DNA from: a virus
Strand: one strand, 5' to 3'
Length of the DNA: 64,000 nucleotides
Virus record (IMG/VR): IMGVR_UViG_3300046361_000034
Location: 1 to 64,000 of that record
Below, one piece after another: positions 45,437 through 60,400 of the stretch. Every line of letters begins with the position of its first letter. The stretch's first letter is position 1. Under the pieces are notes generated by a model that did no database searches, was not told the DNA's origin, and saw only the letters and a list, made by a program, of their open reading frames with translations. The position numbers were made by a program, and so were the translations under genes.

Positions 45437-48400
45437 ATGGCATTAAATCCTAACTTTAGAAAAACTGTATCTAGTAAAGATATAGTTTTACCTCCAGATG
45501 CATCATCTGAAAATCCTCAACAAACTGTTGGGGATTTAGGCGTTCAAATTGGTTCACCTGTTTCAAGTACTTCTCATCCCTTAGAGGACTTAGGAAGTTT
45601 AGTACAAGGATATGTAGAAACTGGTAAAGAAAAATTACTTAATCTTAACTTAGATGAGTATGCTCCTTATTTTGGTAATAATATCGGAGCCTTTGGTAGC
45701 AAAGAAGACCTTGATAAAAGTAGAGCTTTTAGACAAGGAAGTGGGGAACAATTTCTTAATGCTGCTGGTAGAGTAGCTATTAACGTTGTTCCTGAAATGG
45801 TATCACAGCTAGCTAATGCTGCTGACTTTGAAGATTACTTTAATTCAGACCAAGAAGTTGGTAACTGGGTTAGTAATGCTATTAATAAATTTGAAGTAGG
45901 AGTAGATAAAGCTTTACCTATATACAGAGAAAATCCTGATAAACCTTTAGATATAGGTGATAATGCTTGGTGGTTTGAAAATGGTAGTAGTTTAGTTAAA
46001 TCTGCTGCTGCATTTGTTGGTGCAGGTTATCTTACTGGTGCTGCTGCAGGCTCACTATTTACTAAAGGCGGAGAAGCTCTTAAATGGCTTAGTACAATGG
46101 GTAAAGAAAGTCAGTTAGCAGATACAGGTAAACAAATTGCTAATGCTGGTGCAACTCTTGCTAATGCAATGATGTTAAATCAGGCTGAAGGTGTTGGTAT
46201 AGCAACCGATCAATTTCAAAAGAGTTATACTAGGGCATCTAATGACCTTAAAGCATCTGAAGAAGGTAAATCTTTAAGTGATGAAGAAATAGATAATCAA
46301 GCTAGAAAGATTGCTGCACAAGAAGCTACATCTGCACTTAACTTTAATAAGATTAATATTCTGTTAAATTTAACTTCTGCTAATATGTTTATGAAAACTT
46401 CTTTAGGTACTAGAAGTTTATTAAATGCTCCTAGTCTTAAACATGGGTTAATAGAACTCGGTAGAGAAGGTGCTCAAGAATATGGAGAAGAAGTTATTAA
46501 TGATATTTCTCAAAATCAAGCTACTGATAAAGATTATAGTTTTCAGAAAGCTATGGAGTACTCAATGACCGCACAAGGTATCGAAAGCGGGTTACTAGGC
46601 TTCATTGGAGGTGTCGGACAGACCGCCTTAACCAAAGCTGGAAAGTACCTACCTATATATAGCAATCGTGCCTACAATCAAGCGTATGCAAGTCATTATC
46701 AAAGTATGAAAAACACAGACTTGACTGATATTGAAAAAGATGCTAAAGCTAAAGAACTTGCATTAAGAGATGTAGGTACTAATAAATCTAGAGTTTCTGA
46801 TAAGTTTAATGAATCTAGTAGATATACTCAACAACAAAATGCTCTTAACAGGTGGCAGAATTTAGAAAATTCTGATAAAATTGGAGATATATCTAATGCT
46901 TTTTCTACTACTGATGAAATACTAGCTTTACATAAACAAATTGCTGATGCTCATGCTTCAGGAGATGTTGCTAAAGCTAAATCTTTAGAAGAAAGAACAT
47001 TTGGTTTACAAGCTAAACAAGCATTTCAAACTGGAACTACTGATGCATTTGAAAAAACATATAAATCTTTTGCTGCTTTAACACATGAAGAAGCTGAAAA
47101 GAAAGATATATATACAGAAGGAGATGAAAATACACCTAATTATTATAAAACTAGAGCTAATGAAGCAGTTAAAGATATTCAATCTCTAGAAACTATTTAT
47201 AATAATAGTCAAGCATATTTAAATAGTAATGATGTTTATGATATGGAAGAACATAAACATTATACTAATAAAGCTATTAAGTTAAATTTAGAAAATGTAA
47301 CTAAAGAATTTAATAATGCTTTAGAATTATATAAAAATAGACCTGAAACTTTACCTAGTAAAACTAATAGTTTTGTAGATTTAAATAGTCCATCTGGTTA
47401 TGATTTAAATAAAACTCAACCTAATTTTAAAAAGACTCCTAGCTATAGAAAGATTAAAGCTATGCTAGAAGCTGATAAAATTTATAGAGATAATATAGGA
47501 AATATACAAGAAGTTATAGATTTAACAACTTCTAGTAGTTACCAAGAAAAATTAAAAAATGCTATTAATAATAGTAGAAAAGCAGTAGTTAAAGAAAATA
47601 AGTTAAAACAAGTATTTAAGAAAAGATCTGAAAAGAAAAAAGAAATTAATACTTTAGTTAACACCTTAGCTAAACAAGCAAAAACAGAAGTAAATACTAA
47701 TAGTGTAGTAGAAGATGTTAATACTATTAATGATGTTATAGAACCTGGAAAAACTTTGCCTGTAGAGAATATTGAAGAAGAATCTGTTGTTACTCCTAAA
47801 CAAGATGAGGTTAAAAAGTCTTTTCCTAGTAAACCTGTATTTGTTAATGTTCCTTCATTTAATGATGCTACTATAAATAACAAATTTATAGAACTTAAAG
47901 GTATAGCTGAGAATCCTGATATATATTTAGAAGATAGTATTGATTATTTAGAAAAATCTATTGATGCTGTTAGAGTAGCAAAAGACTCTAACGCAATCCC
48001 TTCTCTAGAGGCAAACAATGTAGAGATTGGTTTAAATAGTCTTACAGAAGCTCTTAATGATTTAAAAGCACAAAAAGCACAAGAAGTTGTTAAGGCAGAT
48101 GTACTTAAAAGTATAGGGCGTCAATTATTAAATTCTATTAATGGAGAAGAAGATATTGATACAAATAATACCGATTCCCCTTCTAAGCAATTTGATAAAG
48201 CAAAACAACAAAGAGAAATTAATTTATTAATGGATTATCTTAATGTATTAGATAATACAGGAGTAGATATTACAGATTTCAAACAAGTTGTTAATTCATT
48301 TGAAAACAGTACTTCTAAAGCAGAAGTTATAAAAGCTTTTACTAAACTTAAAGGTCTTTTTATGGCTTATACTGGTCAAGAAGTTGAGGGTAGTTATGCT

Positions 48401-51400
48401 GAAATAATGTATGATTCTGTTGAGAAACAAAAATTATCTGATAGGTATAAAGGTATCAATAAGTATAATGTTATTGGTGATTTTTATACTGCTCCTAAAG
48501 ATGATATCTCTACAGATGCTTTAAATTCTATTGCTGATTTAGCTAAGTTAAATGGTTTAGATGTAAATGGTTCTGGTGTATCTACACAAATTTATAATGA
48601 TACTGCTGCTAATTTATTGGCATACTTATCTAAAAAATATAAAACTACATTTACTAGTAAAAAATCTGATAGTGGTCATAGATATATTGAGGTAACAAAA
48701 TCAGATTTAAATAATTTACTTAATGAGGCATTAAACCAAAGAGTATTAGATCCTGACTTTTTATCTGTTGGTAAAGAAATTACTTTTGTTCCTTTAGATT
48801 CAGTTACTTTAGAAAATGGTGATTTGTTATATGCTAAAGATGTGGATGTAAATGAAAAACCTATTGGTATTGCAGTAGATGGAGAATTAATTGATGGTTT
48901 ATATTTACACGATACTGGTTGGATAAATATAAATAATATAGATAATACTTCTGCAAATATTGTTAATGACCAAAATACTCTTAGAAATTTAAGAGCACAT
49001 ATATTAAATAGTAAAATACCTGTTACTACAGTTGTACAAGAAAGAAGTGCTGGTGTACCTATTTTAGATGAAAGTGGTGAATTAAGTACTGTATTAGAAA
49101 ATACACCTGATGTTGAAATAGGAATTATAAAAGAAGGTTCTGTATTTACTGGTAGAGAATCTATTGTACAAACAGTTAATATTTCTAGAATAGATGAAGG
49201 TAAAGGAGTTATTATTATTCCTTTTAATAATGAAAAATTAGCATTATCGGTAAAAAGAGCTAAATTAGATACTGGTGTAATTGATTCAATTATTACTGCT
49301 ACAGAATTGTATTTAAATGGTACTAAAACTGAGTTAACAGATGAATTAGATAAAACTTATCAAATTAATATATTAACTTCTAGAGGATTAGAACAGTATA
49401 TTAATCAATTTATTGGTTATTCGTCTTTAGATATTAAAGATAAACAATCTTTTTCTGATAAATTAATCAATATTGCTGATAATATTTCTTTAATACAATT
49501 TAATAATGGTAGGTTATATTATGGACAAGGACAAGAAATAGGAGTAAATGATATTTATCCTAGTAAAAATAATGGAGAAGAAAGACAAAAAGATTTAAAA
49601 CATTTTAGACAACATTTGAAAAAAATGTATCATCATATAAATTTAGATTTATTAGGTACAGATACTGGAATTAAACTTATGCAAAATAATAAAGTATTAA
49701 TACCTTATAATACTTATAATGAGTATGCTAAATCTGTTATGTTATCTCCTTATCTTTCTATGAAATTAGATAATGGTAAAACTATTTATACTTTACAAAG
49801 TAGAATTAAGTTTGATTTAGAAAAAGCATTTAGTAGTAATAATAAAGCTAAAAATGTTATTAAATCTTTATCAGAGCCTTTAGATAATACAAATGTAGAA
49901 AATACTGTTCAGCCTTTATCAGAACCTAAAAGTAATGATATAAGTTTACCTAATGGTAAAACTTTTAGTTTTAATGATGTAACAGAAGATACTTTAAGTC
50001 CTGCTAAAGAAAATAATAATTTACCAAATGTATTACTACCTATAGGAACATCAGGTAGTGGTAAATCTACATTTATAAAATCTTTACCACAAGAAAATTT
50101 AGTAATTATAGAACCTGATGCTATGAGAGTAGAATTTACAGGAGATATAAATAATAAAACTAAAGATAAAGAAATATATGAAGAAGCTACTAAAAGAGCT
50201 ATCATTGCTATTAAACAAGGCAAACAAGTAGTATTTGATACTACTAATTTAACTAAAGATAAAAGACTTCCTTTTATTGAAGCTATTAAAAAAGAAATAC
50301 CTAATGCTAATATTCAATATAAGTTAATGGAATTAAATCCAGAACTTGCTAAACAAAGAATAAAAGCGCAAATTGAAAAAGGAGAAAATAGAGCTAATGT
50401 TTCAGATGAAACAATAAATAGACATGCGCAAGCTTATCAACAAATGTTAGAAGATATTAAAGAAGAACCTTTAACAGAATTTAATGATAGTCCTAATTTA
50501 ATTGGAAATGAAAATTATGATGATTTAATTAATTCATCTTCTTTAATTCCAGGATTATCTGTTACTACTCAAACATCATTAGTTAGAAGTATTGTAAATG
50601 ATATTTATAACGAAGCTTCTGATAGTGCTGAACCTGTTAAACTTAATAAACAACTTAAATTAGCAGTTGAAAGTCTAGAAATGATTAGAGATAAAGCTGT
50701 TGAAATTAATCATTCTAAAGCTGGTGAAATTAATAAAGTTGTAGAAGCTGTTAAAGCTAATGTTAAAAAATTAACTAAGGCTGTTAATCTTGAGTACAAG
50801 AAAAGAAACAGTGTTGTAGGAGTTATTAATTTAGATAACTATAATGAATTATCTATAGATGAAGAACAAAGTATTAAAGATGGTGGTAACGATAAATTAC
50901 AACTAACTGAATATACTATTGACCCTAAAACTACTTTAACAGGTAGAGCTAAACAAATGTTAGAAGGTATTACTGATAAGAAAGTAACTATTACTGAAGA
51001 TGGTAAAGAATTTACTACTAAAACTACTTTATTAAATTTAAATATATTTATTCCTTTTGATATTGTTTATAATAACTTAATTAGTATATTAGGTAAATCT
51101 AATACTAATGCTAATATGGTTCAAGTAGATTCTAAATTGATTGAAAAACATGGTAAACATCCTGATTATGTAGTTCATGCTTTAGAAGAACTTTCTAAAC
51201 ATATTGAAACTAAACCATATTTAATTGATGTTATGGAGAAACTTAAAACTGCAGAACCTGATGTTCAAAACTCATTTATATCTGCATTGAATAAAGTTTC
51301 TACTAATCATATATATGTTCATGCATTATATGATAAACCTAATAACAAATATAGTTTAAGAATTAACAAAGCTGCTAGTAAAAATATTACAAATCTTGTA

Positions 51401-54400
51401 CTATCTGAATGGCAAAATAATCTTAATTATAGTAAATTACTTAGTTTAGACAATGATAGAATTATTTATAATTTTAGAGCCATAGATGCATTTAATAAAC
51501 AATTTAAAGAAATTGCTGATAAAAATGTCAATCCTAATTATAAAGAACTTAGTGATTTATTAAAATTAGTAGGAATAGAAATTCCTATTCAACTTTATAA
51601 TACTTGGAATAAATATGGAATTAAAGTAAAAGGAACTAATCAAACATTATTAGATTCTTTTAAATTTTCTACTGGTATATTTAAGAATATAGGTAAAAGA
51701 CTTAATTCTTATAATACTAATAATGCAGAATGGTTAAATCTATCTGAAAATAATTTATATGACGATAGTTCTTTTACAAGTTTAGCAAATTTAGTATCAT
51801 ATTATAGAGTAGACTTATTTAATGACTCTTTTAAAAATGCTAATGGTGATACTATTTTTGGTTATACAAATGATAGATATGCTATTACTAGAGCATTAAA
51901 ATTAAAAACAGATGTTAAATTATTATCTGATTTAAAGTCTGATGTATTTGCTCAAGATTCAGTTTGGTTAAACCAATTACTTAAAAAAGGAGATACTATA
52001 GCTATTAATGAAGAAAGTACTTTCTATAAATACTTTCAATATGGTACAGCTGAAAGCCTTAAAACTAAAAATGCTCTATTAGGTAAAACTATTGATACTC
52101 TTAAACCTGCTGAGTTAGCTAAATTTCATTTTAGTTTGTTTCAAAATGGTGGACTTAAAATAGGTAAAGATTCAGATCCTACTCCTATTATGCAAGTTAT
52201 TTATCCTACTATGGAAGAAAAAGCTAATGCTTTTATATTTCAAGTTCCTGGAGAATATTATAAACTTACTGCAGAAGGTAAAATGCATCCATCAGATAAA
52301 CAAAAACTTGTTGAAATTTTGATATATCCTGAAATTCAAAGAATATTAAAACATCAAGCTGATCCTAATGCTGTACAAATTGATGGGTATAAAGAAGGTG
52401 CTGGAAAATTTTTATTATTTCCTAAACTAAATGATGATGCTAGATTATTTGATAAAACAGGTCAATTATTAGATGAAGTTCTTTTACCTGAATTTAATGG
52501 TATAGATTTTCAAAATATACTACAAGAGCATTTATATAATCATTTAATGCAAATATTTAAAGATACTAGAGAAAATTGGAAAAAATTTGGTATTATTACT
52601 ACTGATAAAAATAGTAAACAAGATCAGTTTCAATATATAGATGCTAGTTATAAAGCTGCTTTTGCTGTACAAGGTATTAATACTACTCTTTTAAATTATG
52701 TAATTAATACTACTGTTGCTAATATGAATATACAACAGCTATTTATAGGAGATCCTGCTTTATATTATAAAGGAAGTTCTGATGCTATGACTACTGGTCA
52801 ACTTACAGCAGATAATCAAGGTAAACGCTTATCAGCTGATAATGCAGGTGCTATTCAATTATTATTCCCACAAGGAAGTACATTTAATACTTTAGTTATT
52901 AAAGATAATTATGTATCTAGTAAAAGAGCTGATTATATTGAAAAATTATATAAAGGTTTTCCTGATATTTATGGACAATATAAAAAAGGAACATTAATGT
53001 CAAATGGTAAACAATCTAAAGGTATAAACTCTACTGATGCTCAAGGTTATCATACTTTAGAAGAACATCTTGATATTATGCATTCATTAGGTACACTTAG
53101 TTTAAAAGATAAAACTAAAATTTTAGATACTTATAATAAAACTGGCAAAATTAATAAAAGTGATAAAGCATTAGTTTTACAACCTTTTAAACCTAGATAT
53201 GTAAATAACTTTAACAGATTTGGTGTTAATGCTAGGCTTTATTTTAAGTACTCTACTCTACCATTAATTAAACAATTTACTCAAGGTACTGATTTAGATG
53301 TATTAAGAGAACATATGGAGAAAAACAAAATACAACTTGTATTACATGAATCTGCTGTAAAAGTTGGAGGATCTGCTAATATTATTGATGTTTATGACTC
53401 TAAAGGTAATATTGTTATACCTGTTAAATGGAAAAGTAGTTTAATTACTAATATTCCTAGAGAAGGATTAGGTATACAACAAGATGTACCATACAATTCT
53501 AAACAAAAAACTGTTAATGATGGTACTCAACAAGCTAAAGAGTTGTTTACAAATATTATGGATATTGATGGATTTATTGATCCTGAAACTGGTAAAGCCG
53601 TAACTGGTAGAGAGTTATCTAAAACCTATTTAGTTAAATACAAAAAATCATTTTTATCTAAATATAATAAATTAATTCAAGAATTAGATTTTGATACTAA
53701 AACACATACTATAGGAAATTATGATAAATTATATAAACTTTTAGAAGATGAGGGTTATAATAGAAATTATAGTTCAAATGATATTCAAGGCTTAGAAACA
53801 GTTAAGATAGGTAATAAATCTGTTAAATTTACTGTACCATTATGGTTAAATACTGCTGATAGTAAAATCGTAGCATTACTAAATTCTATTGTAGATAATA
53901 AAGTTAGAAAAAGAAGTTTTAGAGGTAAGTCTTTTGTACTAGCTTCTGAAAGCGGTACTCAACTTAAAACTATTAAAGATGTTAATTTATCTGAAGTAGT
54001 AAAAGTAGGAGATTGGGATGGTACATTAAAAGGTGCTTGGGAAGATAATGAAAATAAAGGACAAATGTCTTATGCTGAAGTACTTGTTCCTTTTAAATTT
54101 TGGGATAATAAAGGAGAACTTCTTAAGTTAGATGAATTTATGAATGATGGAGTAATAGATTTAACTAGATTACCTGAAGAATTATTAGAAATATTTGGTT
54201 ATCGTATTCCTACATCTGGTTTAAATCTTATATCTAATATTAAAATAGTAGGATTTTTACCTGCTAGTTATGGCGATATAGTCATTGCTCCTGCTGATTT
54301 TATTGTACAAATGGGTTCTGACTTTGATGTTGATAAATTATATACTCATATGTATAATACTCATTATAATGATGTTACTAAATCTTTACATATTGTTAAT

Positions 54401-57400
54401 AAAGATATTAGTAGTCAACATAATAACATTACTCAAAGTATTAAAGTAATGGAAGATAGAGTTAAAGAACTTTCTAGGAATGGAGTAGCATCTGCTAAGG
54501 ATAATAATTTAATAGTTGCTTTACAACAACAAATAAATTTATTAAAAGAAAGTGATTTAATGCAATTAAAAGATATTGATGAACAAGTTATACAAAATGA
54601 TTTATTAGATATTCATAAAGCTGTTTTAAATAACCCTAATGTAGAAGTTCAAAAAGCTAGAACTAATCCATTAAGTTTTGGAGAATTACCTGCATTAGCT
54701 AAAGAAATTTATAAAGAATCTAATAGATTTTTTACACCTTTAGCTAATACTTATCAACAAAATAAATATTTAAGTGCTAGAGCAAGTAAAACTGCTGTAG
54801 GTGTATTTTCACTTGATACTGTTTTTAATAGTGTACTACAATATATAGAAAAACCTATGTATTTTACTAAAGTTGTTAAAGAGGGTGAAAATATGGTAAC
54901 AAAAGATATTAGATATACTATTGGTGGTTATACAACTAATGCTTTAAATAATCCTAAAAGATTAGATGGTAAATGGAAATCTGATAGTTTTATTGCTTTT
55001 ATGGCTACTGCTCTTGATAATGGTAAAGAACAATTATTAGGTAAATTAAATATTAATAGTGATACATTTGATTTTATTAGAGCAGCAAATCAATTAGGAC
55101 TACCTGAGAATTTAGTTATCTTAATGATTAATCAACCTGCTATTAAAGCATATCAATTATCTAAACAATTTTTTGAGGATGTTGAAATTAAGCCTTTTAA
55201 TGAAGATATTGAAAATATATTATCTACAACATCTATAGAAAATTTATTAAAAACTGTTAAAGGTGATGATATAACTTCTGATAGACAACAAGCCTATTTA
55301 AGCTTCTTCAAAGAACTATCTTCTAAAGGCAGACAATTAAAAATACTACAATCTGCTATCAATTCTGATAGTAGTGGTATAGGTAAAAATATATTTTATA
55401 GTATTAAAAAAGCTGAACAAATATTAAATTTACCTAAATCTACAGAAATTTCTAATGTAGATAATTTAATTGGTAATTATATATATCTAAATGAAAGTCC
55501 TGCTTATAATAAATTATCTGTTGAAGAGCAAGAGGGGTATATTAATACTAAAAAAGAAGATGGTTATATTTTATATAATAATGTATTAATTCAACCTACA
55601 TCTTTAGGAGGTATGGCTGGAGTTTATGCTACAATGTTAAATAATCAATTATGGAGTAAATTATATCCTTACACTGATAAGAATTATTATAGTATAATTA
55701 CTAGTATTATCCCTGCTGATTCTGATAATAGTACTATTCAAGGTAGTGCAGATGCTTTACAAAATTCTGTAACTAATTATAAGTCTTTTTTAATTTCTAA
55801 TACATTTAATTTGTTTACATCTAAATATACAAGTATAACTGAAGCAAGAAAAGATTTGTTATTTGATAGAGAAAATCATTTAAGTCTAGGTAGTTTTATT
55901 AGTCAAATTAAAAATACTAAAGCTTATTCTAATGCAATGTTAGATAGATTACAAATTGGTAGAAGTAATCAAATTGTTGATATTACTGGAAGTATTCCTA
56001 CTGTTATTACATATCAAAATGCAGGAAGTGTTGAAATGGATGAAGAAGTTATTATTAATAGTTTTATTGATATGATTGTAAATCCTCAAGACTTAGGACA
56101 ATTTAATGGTGAAAGTATTAATACTAAACAATTAGCAGATTTGTTAATTACTCATCAAATGATTAATGGTGGTATTCAAAAATCAAATCAATTTATTAAA
56201 TATATACCATTTAAGTACTTACAAAAAAGAGGATTTTATAAAGCTGTAGAATCTACTAATGTTGTTACAAATGTAGATACTGTTAATCAAATTCGTAATA
56301 CGTATTATACTCAATATTTACAACATAATCCAGAAGAATTTTATAATGAATTTTATGATATAGAGTCCCCTAAATTTGTAAATGACTATAAAAATATTGT
56401 TAATGGTAAATTAGTAGGAGTAGATCCTCAATTATCTGAAAAAACTAATTTTGTTATTACTAATAAAGCTAATTCTGAAATTTATAGAATTTTTAAACAT
56501 GATGATATGTCAGGAGATTTTATAGAGATAGATAACTTAGGATGGAAGGGTAACAATGAGTATGACATTAATGCAACTTTTGCTGCTAGAAGTTCTATTT
56601 ATATAAATCAAGTAGATAACTATTCTAATTTTGATAAATTAAATGGTATAGATACTAGTAATTTTGAAGAAATCAATGATGATGTTATTGAAAATGCTGA
56701 AGAGCATCTTCCTAATCCTACAGAAACGTCAAATTTTTTACGTTTGGATAGAGATACAAAGTCAGATAATTCTCCTGCTATTTATAATGAAAATAAGTAT
56801 GATTTGGTTAAAAAGTATTATTTAGATGATAATAATTTATCTATTGAAGATAAGTATAGATTGATATTAAAAGAAGTTGAGGCTAATAGTACTAATCCTA
56901 TTGTACAATATTTTAGTAAAAAATTGGTTGATATTATTCCCTATCTTGCAGAAACACCATTGTATGTAAATACTAAACTTCCTGTTCAAGGTAGAGCTAC
57001 TACAACTAAGTTATTAGGAGAACCTGTCAGAATTGAAATTAATCCTAATCTTATTAGTAGTGATGAAGAAATGGCAGAAGTTTTGATGGAGGAAATGATA
57101 CATGGTTTACTTAAAACTGAAATAAGTAAAGGTAGTTCTGAATTTGTAAAAAGTCTTAATAGTATTAAGAATGAAGTAAGAAGTATATTAATAGAAAAGT
57201 ATGGTAAAGAAGCTTTTGATACTGTAGATAAAAAGATTGTTGGAAAATTGCCTTTAAAAGAAGGTGTGGAGCGAAACCTTATCTATAATGTATATAATCT
57301 TGATGAATTTGTTGCTGCTGCTATTAAAGATAAAACATTTCAAGCTTTTCTTAATAGTACTGAAAGTTTAGATTCTACTAAATCTATATTTTCTAGATTT

Positions 57401-60400
57401 GTTGATTACATTAAAAATCTTTTAGTTAAGTTAGGTGTAGTACCTGATAAAAACTTAAGTGCTGTTTTACATGAAATTATCAATGTTGTAGAATCTCCTA
57501 ATTTTCAAGTAGGTAGAGAATTGGTTACTCCTAAATATGTTAGAACTGTTGGTTATCTTAATAATAAGTTTAACTTAACAAACAACACTAACGAATTACG
57601 TTCTAAAGGTAATGCTGAAGAAATAGCAGATTTTATTAATAGAAATATAGTTAATGTAGAGGCTGTTGTTAAAGATAATTTTGTAATACTTACTTCTAAA
57701 AAATTATATGAAGTAAATGAGGATAACTCTTTTGGTACAGAAGATATACAAGATGAGGGATTTGGTTCTAATCTTGTTAATTACTATCAATCTTTAACTC
57801 TTAGAGTAGCCAAATTAAAAGCTAATATTAAAAAAGCTGTTGAATTAAAAGATTTTGTTAGGGTAGCTGATTTAACAGAAAGATATAATGTAGAAAAAGA
57901 TAAATTAGTTGGTGTTAAAAAAATTACAGCTGCTGTAGATTTAGCTGATAAGGGTGAAGAAGATTTACAAATGATAGAAACTATTTTAAATCGTAAGATG
58001 ACTTCTGAAGATATTGTATATGCTAGAGGAGTACTTAACTTTTGGAAAGATGCTAAACGTTTAGTATTTAATGAAAGATTAAATAGTTCTAAGCCTTTAA
58101 CTAGAATTTATGGTGCTATTGAGGGTAGTGCAGAAGCTCTATCAGATAAGTTATTTAAAATTGAGAAAACTTATATGGAAGAGTACATTAAAAAATATAC
58201 TGACCAAGATATTAATCTCGATCAACAGTTTAAAGATTATAAAGATATTAATATTATTCAAGCAAATGTTAGAGATATCTCATCTTATGATAATATTTTA
58301 TTATCTTCTATTTGGTCATCTGTAAAACATGCTAATATAGCTGCTACTAATGAAGGTAATGAGAAGTTAGAAAGTATAAACAATCAATTAACTAAAGTAG
58401 TTCCTGTATTAAAGTCTTTAGGAAATGCTGAATTATTTGAGGTGTTTAGACAGAAAAATTCTAATGGTAAGTTAACTGGTCATATTATTAATCCTTATAC
58501 TGATATATTTTATAAAGATAGAGCAAAAGTTCTTAAAAAATTAAATAAAGACAATACTCAAACTAATTTTATTAAATATCTTAATTGGATTAATCAATCT
58601 GCTTTTGATGTAGATTTAGAGTCTATTTTTCCTACTACTGGTGAAACAGATGCTACAACAATAGTTAGAGAAGAATTAAAACAAAAGTTAGGAGCAGGTG
58701 TTTATAGTTTTTGGTTTAAAAATCAAAAGAATAAAATAGATTCTTATAATGACCATAAGTTTGGACAAACTCAATCATTATTAGCTAAGTATAAATTAGC
58801 ATCTGAACAAGATATTCTTAATAGTGATGAGGCTAATAGAGAATATAAATTTTGGATAGAAAAAAATAGCCCATACAGATTAGCTAAATATGCTTTCCAA
58901 GATAATATTAAATTATCTTCTGAATTTGGTTATACCTCACAAAAATATTATGAAGTTATTCCTAAGGATTCTGAGTACTTAGATAGTAATTATGATACTA
59001 TTTCTAATAATCCTGAATTGTTAGAGTTTTATAATACTATAACAGATTTGTTTAAAGATTTAAAGAAATATGTACCTGAAAGTCAACAAAAAACTTTAGC
59101 TTATGGTGGTGTTCCTTCTCTTGAGAAATCTATTGTAGAATTATATACTGAACATGGTATGCAATTAGGAGTATTACCTATTCAAGATATATGGACTAAA
59201 TCAATGCAAAGTAGTTTTGGTGATAATACCTCAACTATTATTGACCCTGTTACTAATAGACCTATAAATGAAATGCGTATTCCTATTATTAAAGATAACT
59301 ATAAAGAAGTTCAAAAATATATTAAACAAAAATCTGCTGAGTATTTAATAGAAAATAATAAAGCACCTAGTGCTGACATTATTAAAGGATTTGAAGAAGA
59401 TATTATTAATGAAATATCAGAAGGTAAATCATTTGATTTAGGTAAAATTGCTAAAGTTTATACTGCATTAGTATTAGCCCATAAACATAAATCTAAAATA
59501 GAAGATAGTGTTAAAATTGCAAATACTGTTTTAAACAAATATGAGGAAACTAGATTAAGACCTGATGGTACTCCAGAAACAGATGCCATGACTGGTGCTA
59601 TTCAAAGAAAAGGAGCTGATCAATCATTTGGTAATATTAAATCTGCTTATGAGTCTTACATAAATAATGTATTTTATGGGGATATTCATGAAGAAGAAGG
59701 TAAAGGTAAAAAATCTTTAACTAAATCTGAAAAATTAGAAAAAGCTAAATTATTAGGTTTACTTAATCAATTAGAAGTTCAACATGATAATAAACTTATA
59801 GAGGATGAATTATATAAAAGTACTAAAGATAACTTAACTGAACAACTTGGTAATCTTGGTAAAACATTTATATATTCTAAAGCTGGAGATAATGTTCTTA
59901 AATATGTACAATTAAAGTTAATGGGTTGGAATGTATTAGGCGGTATTAGTAATATGGGTTTTGGTTGGCTCTCGAATCAAATAGAAGCCGCAGGTGGACA
60001 GTTTTTTAATAAAGCTGATTTAGCCTATGCCTACAAATTATCGTTGCACTCAATCACTAAAAATGCGTCATTTAATAAACTAGAAACTGATACTGCTAGA
60101 AAGATACGAGAAGGTATGGATAAATGGGACATATTAAAAGATGCATCACATGAGCTTTATACCTCTAGCACTCCTAGTAGTTTTGATAGTAAATTAAAGT
60201 TTCTTAAACCCTTTAATGTAAATCAACGTACAGAATATTTGAATCAAGCACCATTATTTATTGCATTATCTCGTAATACTATGGTAGATACAACTAAAGG
60301 AAAAATTTCTTTATGGGATGGTTTTGATAAAGATTGGAATTGGAATGAAGCTGAATATGGTGCAGAACCTACAGAAGTTATTAATAAAATGAGAATTAAA

